NCBI GenBank assembly: GCA_964016885.1
Contig: OZ024742.1
Span: forward strand, 365,924,001-365,988,000
Direction: 5' to 3'
From: Eledone cirrhosa
Taxonomy: Eukaryota
DNA: 64,000 nt
Below, piece by piece: positions 37,401 through 52,400 of this stretch. The notes beneath the pieces were generated by a model. The model made no database searches and was not told the DNA's origin. It saw nothing but the letters and a program-made list of their open reading frames with translations. The translations under genes and the position numbers were made by a program. The number at the start of each line of letters is the position of its first letter. The first letter of the stretch is position 1.

Positions 37401-40400
37401 AGAGTTATAACAGAGGGGAGCATTACAGCAGAGAGTTATAGAAAGTTATAACAGAGGAGAGCATTACAGCAGAGAGTTATAGATTGTTATAACACAGGAG
37501 AGTATTACAGCAGAGAGTTATAGAAAGTTATAAAAGAGGAGAGCATTACAGCAGAGAGTTATAGAGAGTTATAACAGAGGAGAGCATTACAGCAGAGAGT
37601 TATAGAGTTATAAAAGAGGAGAGCATTACAGCAGAGAGTTATAACAGAGGGGAGTATTACAGCAGAGAGTTATAGAAAGTTATAACAGAGGAGAGCATTA
37701 AAGCAGAGAGATATAGAAAGATATAACACAGGAGAACATTACAGCAGAGAGTTATAGAGAGTTATAACAGCGGGGAGTATCACAGCAGAGAGTTATAGAA
37801 AGTTATAACAGAGGAGAGCATTAAAGCAGAGAGTTATAGAAAGTTATAACAGAGGAGAGCATTAAAGCAGAGAGTTATAGAGAGTTATAATACAGGAGAG
37901 TATTACAGCAGAGAGTTATAGAAGGTTATAACAGAGGAGAGCATTACAGCAGAGAGTTATAGAGAGTTATAATACAGGAGAGTATTACAGCAGAGAGTTA
38001 TAGAAAGTTATAACAGAGGGGAGTATTACAGCAGAGAGTTATAGAGAGTTATAACAGAGGAGAGCATTACAGCAGAGAGTTGTAACAGAGGGGAGTAGTA
38101 CAGCAGAGAGTTATAGAAAGTTATAACAGAGGGGAGTATTACAGCAGAGAGTTATAGAGAGTTATAACAGAGGGGAGTATTACAGCAGAGAGTTATAGAA
38201 AGTTATAACAGAGGAGAGCATTAAAGCAGAGAGTTATAGAGAGTTATCACACAGGAGAGTATTACAGCAGAGAGTTATAAAAAGTTATAACAGGGCAGAG
38301 CATCACAGCGGAGAGATATAGAAAGTTATAACAGAGGAGTGTAATTCAGCAGAGAGTTGTAGAGAGTTATAACAGAGGAGAGTATTACAGCAGAGAGATG
38401 TAGAGAGTTATAACAGAGCAGAGCATTACAGCAGAGAGTTATAGAGAGTTATAACAGAGGGGAGCATTACAACAGAGAGTTATAGAGAGTTGTAACAGAA
38501 TAGAGCATTACAGCAGAGAGTTAAAGAGAGTTATAACAGAGCATAGCATTACAGAAGAGAGTTATAGAGAGTTATAACAGAGGGGAGCATTACAGCAGAG
38601 AGTTATAGAGAGATATAACAGAGCAGAGCATTACAGCAGAGAGTTATAGAGAGTTATAACAGAGCGGAGCATTACAGTAGAGAGCTATAGAGAGTTATAC
38701 CAGGAGAATATTACAGCAGAGAGTTATAGAGTGTTATAACAGAGGAGAGCATTACAGCAGAGAGTTATAATAGAGGGGAGCATTACAGCAGAGACTTATA
38801 GAAAGTTATAACAGAGGAGAGCATTACAGCAGAGATTTATAGAAAATTATAACAGAGGGGAGCATTACAGCAGAGAGTTATAGAGAGATATAACACAGGA
38901 GAGTATTACAGCAGAGAGTTATAGAAATTTATAAAAGAAAGAGCATTACAGCAGAGAGTTATAGAAAGCTATAACAGAGGAGAGAATTACAGCAGAGAGT
39001 TATAGAGAGTTATAACAGAGGAGAGCATTACAGCAGAGAGTTATAACAGAGGGAGTATTACAGCAGAGAGTTATAGACAGTTATAACAGAGGAGAGCATT
39101 ACAGCAGAGAGTTATAGAAAGTTATAACAGAGGAGAGCATTACGGCAGAGAGTTATAGAGAGTTATAACACAGGAGAGTATTACAGCAGAGAGTTATGGA
39201 AAGTTATAACAGAGGAGAGCATTACAGCAGAGAGTTATAGAAAGTTATAACACAGGAGAGCATTACAGAAGAGAGTTATAACAGAGCAGAGCATTACAGC
39301 AGAGAGTTATAGAGAGTTATAACAGAGCAGAGCATTACAGCAGAGAGTTATAGAGAGTTATAAAAGAGCAGAGCATTACAGCAGAGAGTTGTAGAGAGTT
39401 ATAGAGAGTTATAACAGACGAGAATATTACAGCAGAGGGATATAGAGTGTTATAACAGAGTAGAGCATTACAGCAGAGAGTTATAGAGAGTTATAACAGA
39501 GGAGAGCATTAGAGCAGAGAGTTATAACAGAGGGGAGCATTACAGCAGAGAGTTATAGAAAGTTATAACAGAGGAGAGCATTACAGCAGAGAGTTATAGA
39601 AAGTTATAACAGAGGAGAGCATTACAACAGAGAGTTATAGAGAGTTATAACACAAGAGAGTATTACAGCAGAGAGATATAGAAAGTTATAAAAGAGGAGA
39701 GCATTACAGCTGAGAGTTATAGAGAGTTATAACAGAGGGGAGCATTACAGCAGAGAGTTATAGATAGATATAACAGAGGAGAGCATTACAGCAGAGAGTT
39801 ATAGAAAGTTATAACAGAGGAGATCATTACAGCAGAGAGTTATAGAGAGTTATCGCACAGGAGAGTATTACAGCAGAGAGTTATAGAAGGTTATAACAGA
39901 GGAGAGCATTACAGAAGAGAGTTATAACAGAGGAGAGCATTACAGCAGAGATTTATAGAGCGTTATAACTGAGTAGAGCATTAAAGCAGAGAGTTATAGA
40001 GTTATAACAGAGGATAGTATTACAGCAGAGAGTTGTAGAGAGTTATAACAGAGCAGGGCATTACAGCAGAGTGTTATAGAAAATTATAACAGAGCAGAGC
40101 ATTACAGCAGAGAGTTATAACAGAGGAGAGTATTACAGCAGAGAGTTGTAGAGAGTTATAACAGAGGAGAGTATTACAGCAGAGATTTATAGAGAGTTAT
40201 AACAGAGGGGAGCATTACAGCAGAGAGTTATAGAGAGTTATCGCACAGGAGAGTATTACAGCAGAGAGTTATAGAAAGTTATAACACAGGAGAGCATTAC
40301 AGAAGAGAGTTATAACAGAGGAGAGCATTACAGCAGAGATTTATAGAGCGTTATAACTGAGTAGAGCATTAAAGCAGAGAGTTATAGAGAGTTATAACAG

Positions 40401-43400
40401 AGGAGAGCATTACAGCAGAGAGTTATAACACAGGGGAGCATTACAGCAGAGAGTTATAGAGAGTTATAACAGAGGGAGCATTACAGCAGAGAGTTATAGA
40501 GAGTTATAACAGAGGAGAATATTACAGCAGAGAGATATAGAAAGTTATAAAAGAGGAGAGCATTACAGCAGAGAGGTATAGAGAATTATAACAGAGGGGA
40601 GCATTACAGCAGAGAGTTATGGAAAGTTATAATAGAGGAGGGCATTAGAGCAGAGAGTTATAGAGAGTTATAACACAGGAGAGTATTACAGCAGAGAGTT
40701 ATAGAAAGTTATAAAAGAGGAGAGCATTACAGCAGAGAGTTATAGACAGTTATAACAGAGTAGAGCATTACAGCAGAGAGTTATAGAGAGTTATAACAGA
40801 GCAGAGCATTACAGCAGAGAGTTATAGAGAGTTATAACAGAGGAGAGCATTACAGCAGAGAGTTATAACAGAGGGGAGTATTACAGCAGAGAGTTATAGA
40901 AAGTTATAACAGAGGAGAGCATTACAGCAGAGAGTTATAGAAAGTTATAACACAGGACACATTACAGCAGAGAGTTATAGAGAGTTATAACAGAGGAGAG
41001 CATTACAGCAGAGAGTTATAACAGAGGGGAGTATTACAGCAGAGAATTATAGAAAGTTATAATAGAGGAGAGCTTTAACGCAGAGAGTTATAGAAAGTTA
41101 TAACACAGGAGAACATTACAGCAGAGAGTTATGGAAAGTTATTACAGAGGACATCATTACAGCAGAGAGTTATAGAGAGTTATGACACAGGAGAGTATTA
41201 CAGCAGAGAGTTATAGAAAGTTATAACAGAGGACAGCATTACAGCAGAGAGTTATGGAAAGTTATTACAGAGGACATCATTACAGCAGAGAGTTATAGAG
41301 AGTTATGACACAGGAGAGTATTACAGCAGAGAGTTATAGAGAGTTATAACAGAACAGAGCATACCAGACGCGAGTTATAGAGAGGTATAACAGGGCAGAT
41401 AATCACAGCGGAGAGATATAGAAAGTTATAACAGAGCAGAGCATTACAGCAGAGAGTTATAACAGAGGATAGTATTACAGCAGAGCGTTGTGGAGAGTTA
41501 TAACAGAGTAGAGTATTATAGCAGAGAGTTATAGAGTGTTATAATAGAGTAGAGCGTAACAGCAGAGAGTTATAGAGAGTTATAACAGAGCAGAGCATTA
41601 CAGCAGAGAGTTATAGAAAATTATAATAGAGCAGAGCATTACAGCAGAGAAATGTAGAGTGTTATAACAGAGGAGAGTAATTCAGTAGAGAGTTGTAGAG
41701 AGTTATAACAGAGGAGAGTATTACAGCAGAGAGTTATAGAGAGTTATAACAGAGCAGAGCATTACAGCAGAGAGTTATAGAGAGTTATAACAGAGGGGAG
41801 CATTACAACAAAGAGTTATAGAGAGTTGTAACAGAATAGAGCATTACAGCAGAGAGTTAAAGAGAGTTATAACAGAGCAAAGCATTTCAGAAGAGAGTTA
41901 TAGAGAGTTATAACAGAGGGGAGCATTACAGCAGAGAGTTATAGAGAGATATAACAGAGCAGAGCATTACAGCAGAGAGTTATAGAGAGTTATAACAGAG
42001 CGGAGCATTACAGTAGAGAGTTATAGAGAGTTATAACAGGAGAATATTACAGCAGAGAGTTATAGAGTGTTATAACAGAGTAGAGCATTACAGCAGAGAG
42101 TTATAGAGAGTTATAACAGAGGAGAGCATTACAGCAGAGAGTTATAACAGAGGGGAGCATTACAGCAGAGACTTATAGAAAGTTATAACAGAGGAGAGCA
42201 TTACAGCAGAGATTTATAGAAAATTATAACAGAGGGGAGCATTACAGCAGAGAGTTATAGAGAGATATAACACAGGAGAGTATTACAGCAGAGTGTTATA
42301 GAAAGTTATAAAAGAAAGACCATTACAGCAGAGAGTTATAGAAAGTTATAACACAGGAGAGCATTACAGAAGAGAGTTATAACAGAGCAGAGCATTACAG
42401 CAGAGAGTTATAGAGAGTTATAACAGAGCAGAGCATTACAGCAGAGAGTTATAGAGAGTTATAAAAGAGCAGAGCCTTACAGCAGAGAGTTGTAGAGAGT
42501 TATAGAGAGTTATAACAGACGAGAATATTACAGCAGAGAGATATAGAGTGTTATAACAGAGTAGAGCATTACAGCAGAGAGTTATAGAGAGTTATAACAG
42601 AGGAGAGCATTACAGCAGAGAGTTACAACAGAGGGGAGCATTACAGCAGAGAGTTATAGAAAGTTATAACAGAGGAGAGCATTACAGCAGAGAGTTATAG
42701 AAAGTTATAACAGAGGAGAGCATTACAGCAGAGAGTTATAGAGAGTTATAACACAGGAGAGTATTACAGCAGAGAGTTATAGAAAGTTATAAAAGAGGGG
42801 AGCATTACAGCAGAGAGTTATAGAAAGCTATAACAGAGGAGAGCATTACAGCAGAGAGTTATAGAAAGTTATAACAGAGGAGATCATTACAGCAGAGAGT
42901 TATAGAGATTTATCACACAGGAGAGTATTACAGCAGAGAGTTACAACAGAGGGGAGCATTACAGCAGAGAGTTATAGAAAGTTATAACAGAGGAGAGCAT
43001 TACAGCAGAGAGTTATAGAAGGTTATAACAGAGGAGAGCATTACAACAGAGAGTTATAGAAAGTTATAACACGGGAGAGCATTACAGAAGAGAGTTATAA
43101 CAGAGGAGAGCATTACAGCAGAGATTTATAGAGCGTTATAACTGAGTAGAGCATTAAAGCAGAGAGTTATAGAGTTATAACAGAGGATAGTATTACAGCA
43201 GAGAGTTGTAGAGAGTTATAACAGAGCAGGGCATTACAGCAGAGTGTTATAGAAAATTATAACATAGCAGAGCATTACAGCAGAGAGTTATAACAGAGGA
43301 GAGTATTACAGCAGAGAGTTGTAGAGAGTTATAACAGAGGAGAGTATTACAGCAGAGAGTTATAGAGAGTTATAACAGAGGGTAGCATTACAGCAGAGAG

Positions 43401-46400
43401 TTATAGAGAGTTAGAACAGAGCAGAGCATTACAGCAGAGAGTTATAGAGAGGTATAACAGAGTAGAGCATTACAGCAGAGAGTTATAGAGAGTTATAACA
43501 GAGTAGAGCATTACAGCAGAGAGTTATAGAAAGTTATAACAGAGGAGAGCATTACGGCAGAGAGTTATAGAGAGTTATAACAGAGGAGAGCATTACAGCA
43601 GAGAGTTATAGACAGTTATAACACAGGAGAGTATTACAGCAGAGAGTTATAGAAAGTTATAAAAGAGGAGAGCATTACAGCAGAGAGTTATAGAAAGTTA
43701 TAACACAGGAGAGCATTACAGCAGAGAGTTATAGAAAGTTATAAGAAAGTAGAGCATTACAGCAGAGAGTTATAGAGAGTTATAACAGAGTAGAGCATTA
43801 CAGCAGAGAGTTATAGAGAGTTATAACAGAGCAGAGCATTACAGCAGAGAGTTGTAGTGAGTTATATAAGAGCAGAGCATTACAGCAGAGAGTTATAACA
43901 GAGGGGAGTATTACAGCAGAGAGTTATAGAGAGTTATAACAGAGGAGAGTATTACAGCAGAGAGTTGTAGAGAGTTATAACAGAGTAGAGTATTACAGCA
44001 GAGAGTTATAACAGAGGGGAGCATTACAGCAGAGAGCTATAGAGAGTTATAACAGAGGAGAATATTACAGCAGAGAGTGATAGAGTGTTATAACAGAGTA
44101 GAGCATTACAGCAGAGAGTTATAGAAAGTTATAACAGAGGAGAGCATTACAGCAGAGAGTTATAGAAATTTATAACAGAGGAGAGCATTACAGCAGAGAG
44201 TTTAAGGCAGTCATAACACAGGAGAGTATTACAGCAGAGAGTTATAGAAAGTTATAACACAGGAAAGCATTAAAGCAGAGAGTTATAGAAAGTTATAACA
44301 GAGTAGATCATTACAGCAGAGAGTTATAGAGAGTTATAACAGAGCAGAGCATTACAGCAGAGAGTTATAGAGAGTTATATAAGAGCAGAGCATTACAGCA
44401 GAGAGTTATAACAGAGGGGAGTATTACAGCAGAGAGTTATAGAGAGTTATAACAGAGTAGAGTATTACAGCAGAGAGTTATAGAGTGTTAAAACAGAGTA
44501 GAGCATTACAGCAGAGAGTTATAACAGAGGGGAGCATTACAGCAGAGAGTTATAGAAAGTTATAACAGAGCAAAGCATTACAGCAGAGAGTTATAGAGAT
44601 TTATAACAGAGGGGTGCATTACAACAGAGACTTATAGTGAGTTATAACAGAGTAGAGCATTACAGCAGAGAGATATAGAGAGTTATAACAGAGGGGAGCA
44701 TTACAGCAGAAAGTTATAGAGTTATGACAGAGGAGAGTATTACAGCAGAGAGATGTAGAGAGTTATAAAAGAGGAGAGTATTACAGTAGAGAGTTGTAGA
44801 GAGTTATAACAGAGCAGAGCATTACAGCAGGGAGTTATAGAGAGTTATAACAGAGCAGAGCATTACATCAGATAGTTATAGAGATTTATAACAGAGGGGT
44901 GCATTACAACAGAGAGTTATAGTGAGTTATAACAGAGTAGAGCATTACAGCAGCGAGTTATAGAGAGTTATAACAGAAGGGAGCATTACAGCAGAGAGTT
45001 ATAGAGAGTTATAACAGAGCAGAGCATTACAGCAGAGAGATATAGAGAGTCATAACATAGGAGAATATTACAGCAGAGAGTGATAGAGTGTTATAACAGA
45101 GTAGAGCATTACAGCAGAGAGATATAGAGAGTTATAACAGAGGAGAGCATTACAGCAGAGAGTTATAGAAAGTTATAAAAGAGGGGAGCATTACAGCAGA
45201 GAGTTATAGAAAGTTATAACACAGGAGAGCATTACAGCAGCGAGTTATAGAGAGTTATAACAAAGTAGAGCATTACAGCAGAGAGTTATAGAGAGATATA
45301 ACAGAGGAGAGCATTACAGAAGAGAGTTATAACAGAGGAGAGCATTACAGAAGAGAGTTATAGAGAGTTATAACAGAGGGGAGCATTACAGCAGAGAGTT
45401 ATAGAGAGTTATAACAGAGGAGAATATTACAGCAGAGAGTTATAGAGTGTCATAACAGAGTAGAGCATTACAGCAGAGAGTTATAGATAGTTATAACAGA
45501 GGACAGCATTACAGCAGAGAGTTATAGAAATTTATAACACAGGAGAGCATTACAGAAGAGAGTTATAACAGAGGAGAGCATTACAGCAGAGAGTTATAGA
45601 GCGTTATAACTGAGTAGAGCATTACAGCAGAGAGTTATAGAGAGTTATAACATTGCAGAGAATTACAGCAGAGAGTTGTAGAGAGTTATATAAGAGCAGA
45701 GTATTACAGCAGAGAGTTATAACAGAGGGGAGTATTACAGCAGAGAGTTATAGAGAGTTATAACAGAGGAGAGTATTACAGCAGAGAGTTATAGAGAGTT
45801 ATAACAGAGTAGAGCATTACAGCAGAGAGTTATGACAGAGGGGAGCATTACAGCAGAGAGTTATAGAATGTTATAACAGAGCAGAGCATTACAGCAGAGA
45901 GTTATAGAGATTTATAACAGAGGGGTGCATTACAACAGAGAGTTATAGTGAGTTATAACAGAGTAGAGCATTACAGCAGAGAGTTATAGAGAGTTATAAC
46001 AGAGGGGAGCATTACAGCAGAGAGTTATAGAGTTATAACAGAGGAGAGTATTACAGCAGAGAGTTGTAGAGAGTTATAAAAGAGGAGAGTATTACAGTAG
46101 AGATTTGTAGAGAGTTATAACAGAGCAGAGCATTATAGCAGGGATTTATAGAGAGTTATAACAGAGCAGAGCATTACAGCAGAGAGTTATAGAGATTTAT
46201 AACAGACGGGTGCATTACAACAGAGAGTTATAGTAAGTTATAACAGAGTAGAGCATTACAGCAGAGAGTTATAGAGAGTTATAACAGAGGGGAGCATTGC
46301 AGCAGAGAGTTATAGAGAGTTAGAACAGAGGAGAATATTACAGCAGAGAGTTATAGAGTGTTATAACAGAGTAGAGCATTACAGCAGAGAGTTATAGAGA

Positions 46401-49400
46401 GTTATAACAGAGGAGAGCATTAAAGCAGAGAGTTATAGAAAGTTATAACAGAGGAGAGCATTACGGCAGAGAGTTATAGAGAGTTATAACAGAGGACAAC
46501 ATTACAGCAGAGAGTTATAGAAAGTTATAACACAGGAGAGCATTACAGAAGAGAGCTATAACAGAGGAGAGCATTACAGCAGAGAGTTATAGAGAGTTAT
46601 AACAGTGCAGAGCATTACAGCAGAGAGTTGTAGAGAGTTATATAAGAGCAGAGCATTACAGCAGAGAGTTATAACAGAGGGGATTATTACAGCAGAGAGT
46701 TATAGAGAGTTATAACAGAGTAGAGTATTACAGCAGAGAGTTATAGAGTGTTAAAACAGAGTAGAGCATTACAGCAGAGAGTTATAACAGAGGGGAGCAT
46801 TACAGCAGAGAGTTATAGAAAGTTATAACAGAGCAAAGCATTACAGCAGAGAGTTATAGAGAGTTATAACAGAGGGGTGCATTACAACAGAGAGTTATAG
46901 TGAGTTATAACAGACTAGAGCATTACAGCAGAGAGATATAGAGAGTTATAACAGAGGGGTGCATTACAGCAGAAAGTTATAGAGTTATAACAGAGTAGAG
47001 CATTACAGCAGAGAGTTATAGAGAGTTATAACAGAAGGGAGCATTACAGCAGAGATTTATAGAGAGTTATAACAGAGCAGAGCATTACAGCAGAGAGTTA
47101 TAGAGATTATAACAGAGGGGAGCATTACAGCAGAGAGCTATAGAGAGTTATAGGCCGTCATAACACAGGAGAGTATTACAGCAGAGAGTTATAGAAAGTT
47201 ATAACACAGGAAAGCATTACAGCAGAGAGTTATAGAAAGTTATAACAAAGTAGAGCATTACAGTAGAGAGTTATAGAGAGTTATATAAGAGCAGAGCATT
47301 ACAGGAGAGTGTTATAACAGAGGGGAGTATTACAGCAGAGAGTTATAGAGTGTTAAAACAGAGTAGAGCATTACAGCAGAGAGTTATAACAGAGGGGAGC
47401 ATTACAGCAGAGAGTTATAGAAAGTTATAACAGAGCAAAGCATTACAGCAGAGAGTTATAGAGATTTATAACAGATGGGTGCATTACAACAGAGAGTTAT
47501 AGTGAGTTATAACAGAGTAGAGCATTACAGCAGAGAGATATAGAGAGTTATAACAGAGGGGAGCATTACAGCAGAAAGTTATAGAGTTATAACAGAGGAG
47601 AGTATTACAGCAGAGAGTTGTAGAGAGTTATATAAGAGGAGAGTATTACAGCAGAGAGTTATAGAGAGTTATAACAGAGCAGAGCATTACAGCAGAGAGT
47701 TATAGAGAGTTATAACAGAGGGGAGCATTACAGCAGAGAGATATAGAGAGTCATAACAGAGGAGAATATTACAGCAGAGAGTGATAGAGTGTTATAACAG
47801 AGTAGAGCATTACAGCAGAGAGTTATAGAGAGTTATAACAGAGGAGAGCATTACAGAAGGGAGTTATAACAGAGGAGAGCATTACAGCAGAGAGTTATAG
47901 AGCGTTATAACTGAGTAGAGCATTAAAGCAGAGAGTTATAGAGAGTTATAACAGAGTAGAGCATTAAAGCAGAGAGTTATAGAGAGTTATAACAGAGCAG
48001 AGCATTACAGCAGAGAGTTATAGAGAGTTATAACAGAGCAGAGCATTACAGCAGAGAGTTATAGAGCGTTATAACAGAATTGAAAATACCAGACGCGAGT
48101 TATAGAGAGTTCTAACAGGGCAGAGCATTACTCCAGAGAGTTATAGAGAGTTATAACAGAGGAGAGCATTACTGCAGAGAGTTTTAGAGAATTATAACAG
48201 AGAAGAGCATTGTAGAAGAGAATTATAGAGAGTTATAACAGGGCAGTGCATTACAGCAGAGAGTTATAGAGAGTTATAAAAGAGCAGAGCATTACAGAAG
48301 AGAGTTATAGAGAGTTATAACAGAGCAGAGCATTACAGAAGTGAGTTATAGAGAGTTATAACAGGGCAGAGCATTACTGTAGAGAGTTATAGAGCGTTAT
48401 AAGAGAGGAGGGCATTACAGCAGACAGTTGTAGAGAGGTATAAAAGAGCAGAACATTACAGCAGAGAGTTATAGAGAGTTATAACAGAGAAGAGCATTAC
48501 AGCAGAGATATATAGAGAGTTATAACAGAGCAGAGCATTACAGAAGCGAGTTATAGAGAGATCTAACCGGGCAGAGCATTACTGCAGAGAGTTATAGAGA
48601 GTTATAGCAGAGCAGAGCATTTCAGCAGGAGATATAGAGAGTTATAACAGAACTGAGCATTACAGCAGAGAGTAATAAAGAGTTATAAAAGAGCAGAGCA
48701 TTACAGAGAAGAGTTATAGGGCGTTATAACAGAGTAGAGCACAACAGAAAATAGTTATAGAGAGTTATAACAAGGCAGAGCATTACAGAAGAGAGTTATA
48801 GAGAGTTATGAAAGAGCAGAGCATTTCAGTAGAGAGTTATAGAGAGTTATAACACGGCAGAGTATTATAGCAGAGAGTTATAGAGAGTTATAACACAGTA
48901 GTGCTTTTCAGTAGTAGAGAGTTATTAAGAGTTATAACAGGGCAGAGCATTACAGCAGAGAGTTATAGAGAGTTATAACAGAAGAGAGCATTAGAGAAGA
49001 GAGTTATAGAGAGTTATAACAGATTAGAGCAATGGAGCAGAGTGTTATAGAGAGGTATAACAGGGCAGAGTATTACAGCAGAGAGTTATAGAGAGTTATA
49101 ACATGGCAGAGCATTACAGCAGAGAGTTATAGAGAGTTATAACAGAGGAAAGAATTACAGCAGAGAGTTATATAGAATTATAACAGAGTAGAGCATTACA
49201 GCAGAGAGTTATAGAGAGTTATAACAGAGTAGAGCATTACAGAAGAGAGTTATAACAGAGGAGAGCATTACAGCAGAGAGTTATAGAGCGTTATAACTGA
49301 GTAGAGCATTAAAGCAGAGAGTTATAGAGAGTTATAACAGAGTAGAGCATTAAAGCAGAGAGTTATAGAGAGTTATAACAGAGCAGAGCATTACAGCAGA

Positions 49401-52400
49401 GAGTTATAGAGAGTTATAAAAGAGCAGAGCATTACAGCAGAGAGTTATAGAGCGTTAGAACAGAATTGAAAATACCAGACGCGAGTTATAGAGAGTTCTA
49501 ACAGTGCAGAGCATTACTCCAGAGAGTTATAGAGTTATAACAGAGGAGAGCATTACTGCAGAGAGTTTTAGAGAATTATAACAGAGAAGAGCATTGTAGA
49601 AGAGAATTATAGAGAGTTATAACAGGGCAGTGCATTACAGCAGAGAGTTATAGAGAGTTATAAAAGAGCAGAGCATTACAGAAGAGAGTTATAGAGAGTT
49701 ATAACAGAGCAGAGCATTACAGCAGAGAGTTATAGAGGGGTATAAAAGAGCAGAGCATTACAGCAGAGAGTTATAGAGAGTTATAACAGAGCAGAGCATT
49801 ACAGAAGTGAGTTATAGAGAGTTATAACAGGGCAGAGCATTACTGTAGAGAGTTATAGAGAGTTATAAGAGAGGAGGGCATTACAGCAGACAGTTGTAGA
49901 GAGATATAAAAGAGCAGAACATTACAGCAGAGAGTTATAGAGAGTTATAACAGAGAAGAGCATTACAGCAGAGATATATAGAGAGTTATAACAGAGCAGA
50001 GCATTACAGAAGCGAGTTATAGAGAGATCTAACCGGGCAGAGCATTACTGCAGAGAGTTATAGAGAGTTATAGCAGAGCAGAGCATTTCAGCAGGAGATA
50101 TAGAGAGTGATAACAGAACTGAGCATTACAGCAGAGAGTAATAAAGAGTTATAAAAGAGCAGAGCATTACAGAAGAGAGTTATAGGGCGTTATAACAGAG
50201 TAGAGCACTACAGAAAATAGTTATAGAGAGTTATAACAAGGCAGAGCATTACAGAAGAGAGTTATAGAGAGTTATAACACGGCAGAGTATTATAGCAGAG
50301 AGTTATAGAGAATTATAACACAGTAGTGCTTTTCAGTAGTAGAGAGTTATTAAGAGTTATAACAGGGCAGAGCATTACAGCAGAGAGTTATAGAGAGTTA
50401 TAACAGAAGAGAGCATTAGAGAAGAGAGTTATAGAGAATTATAACAGAGTAGAGCATTACAGCAGAGAGTTATAGAGAGTTATAACAGAGTAGAGCTTTA
50501 CAGCCGAGAGTTATAGAGAGTTATAACAGAGTAGAGCATTACAGCAGAGAGTAATACAGAGTTATAAAAGAGCAGATCATTACAGAAGAGAGTTATAGGG
50601 CGTTATAACAGAGTAGAGCACTACAGAAAAGAGTTATATAATGTTATAGCAGAGCAGAGCATTACAGCAGAGAATTATAGAGAGTTATAACACAGTAGAG
50701 CTTTTCAATAGTAGCGAGTTATTAAGAGTTATAACAGGGCAGAGCATTAGAGCAGAGAGTTATAGAGAGTTATAACAGAGGAGAGCATTAGAGCAGAGTG
50801 TTATAGAGAGTTATAAAAGAGGAGAGCATTACAGCCGAGAGTTTTAGAGAATTATAACAGAGTAGAGCTTTACAGCAGAGAGTTATAGAGAGTTATAACA
50901 GAGGAGAGCATTACAGCTGAGAATTATAGAGAGTTATAACAGAGCAGAGCATTACAGCAGAGAGTTATAGAGAGTTATAACATGGCAGAGCATTACAGCA
51001 GATAGTTATGGAGAGTTATAACAGAGCAGAGCATTACAGAAGTGAGTTATAGAGAGTTATAACAGAGCAGAGGATTACAGAGGAGAGTTATAGAGAGTTA
51101 TACAGATAGGATCAATACAACAGGGAGTTATAGATAGTTATAACAGAGAGCATTACAGAAGAGAGTTATAGAGCGTTATAGCAGGGCAGAGTATTACAGC
51201 AGAGAGTTATAGAGAGTTATAACAGAGTAGATCATTACAGCAGAGAGTTATAGAGAGTTATAACAGAGTAGAACCTTACAGCAGAGAGCTATAGAGAGTT
51301 ATAACAGGGCGGAGCATTACAGCAGAGAGTTGTAGAGAGGCATAAAAGAGCAGAGCATTACAGCAGAGAGTTACAGAGAGTTATAACAGAGCAGAGCATT
51401 ACAGAAGTGAGTTATAGAGAGTTATAACAGGGCAGAGCATTAATGCAGAGAGTTATAGAGAGTTATAACAGGGCAGCGGATTACAGAGGAGAGGTATTGA
51501 GAGTTATGAAAGAGCAGAGCATTACAGCAGTGAGTTATATAACGTTATAGCAGAGCAGAGCATTACAGCAGAGAATTATAGAGAGTTATAACACGGCAGA
51601 GCATTACAGCAGAGAGTTGTAGAGAGTTATAACAGAGTAGAGCATTACAGCAGAGAGTTATAGAGAGTTATAACAGGGCAGAGCATTACAGCAGAGAGTT
51701 ATAGAGAGCTATAACAGGGCAGAGCATTACAGCAGAGAGTTATAGAGAGTTATAAAAGAGCAGAGCATTACAACAGAGAGTTATAGAGAGTTATAACAGA
51801 GCAGAGCATTACAGCAGAGAGTTGTAGAGAGGCATAAAAGAGCAGAGCATTACAGCAGAGAGTTACAGAGAGTTATAACAGAGCAGAGCATTACAGAAGT
51901 GAGTTATAGAGAGTTATAACAGGGCAGAGCATTAATGCAGAGAGTTATAGAGAGTTATAACAGAGGAGAGCATTACAGCAGAGAATTATAGAGAGTTATA
52001 AAAGAGCAGAACATTACAGCAGAGAGTTATAGAGATTTATAAAGGGGCAGAGCATTACTGCAGAGAGTTATAGAGAGTTAAAGCAGAGCAGAGCATTTCA
52101 GCAGGAGCTATAGAGAGTTATAAAAGTGCACAGCATTACAGCAGAGAGTAATAGAGAGTTATAAAAGAGCAGAGTATTATAGCAGAGAGTTATAGAGCAT
52201 TATAGCAGATTAGAGCATTACAGAAGAGAGTTATAGAAAGTTATAACAGAGTAGAGCTTTTCAGTAGTAGAGAGTTATTAAGAGTTATAACAGGGCAGAG
52301 CATTATAGCAGAGAGTTATAGAGAATTATAACAGAGTAGAGCATTACAGCAGAGAGTTATAGAGAGTTATAACAGAGCAGAGTATTACAGCAGAGAATTA

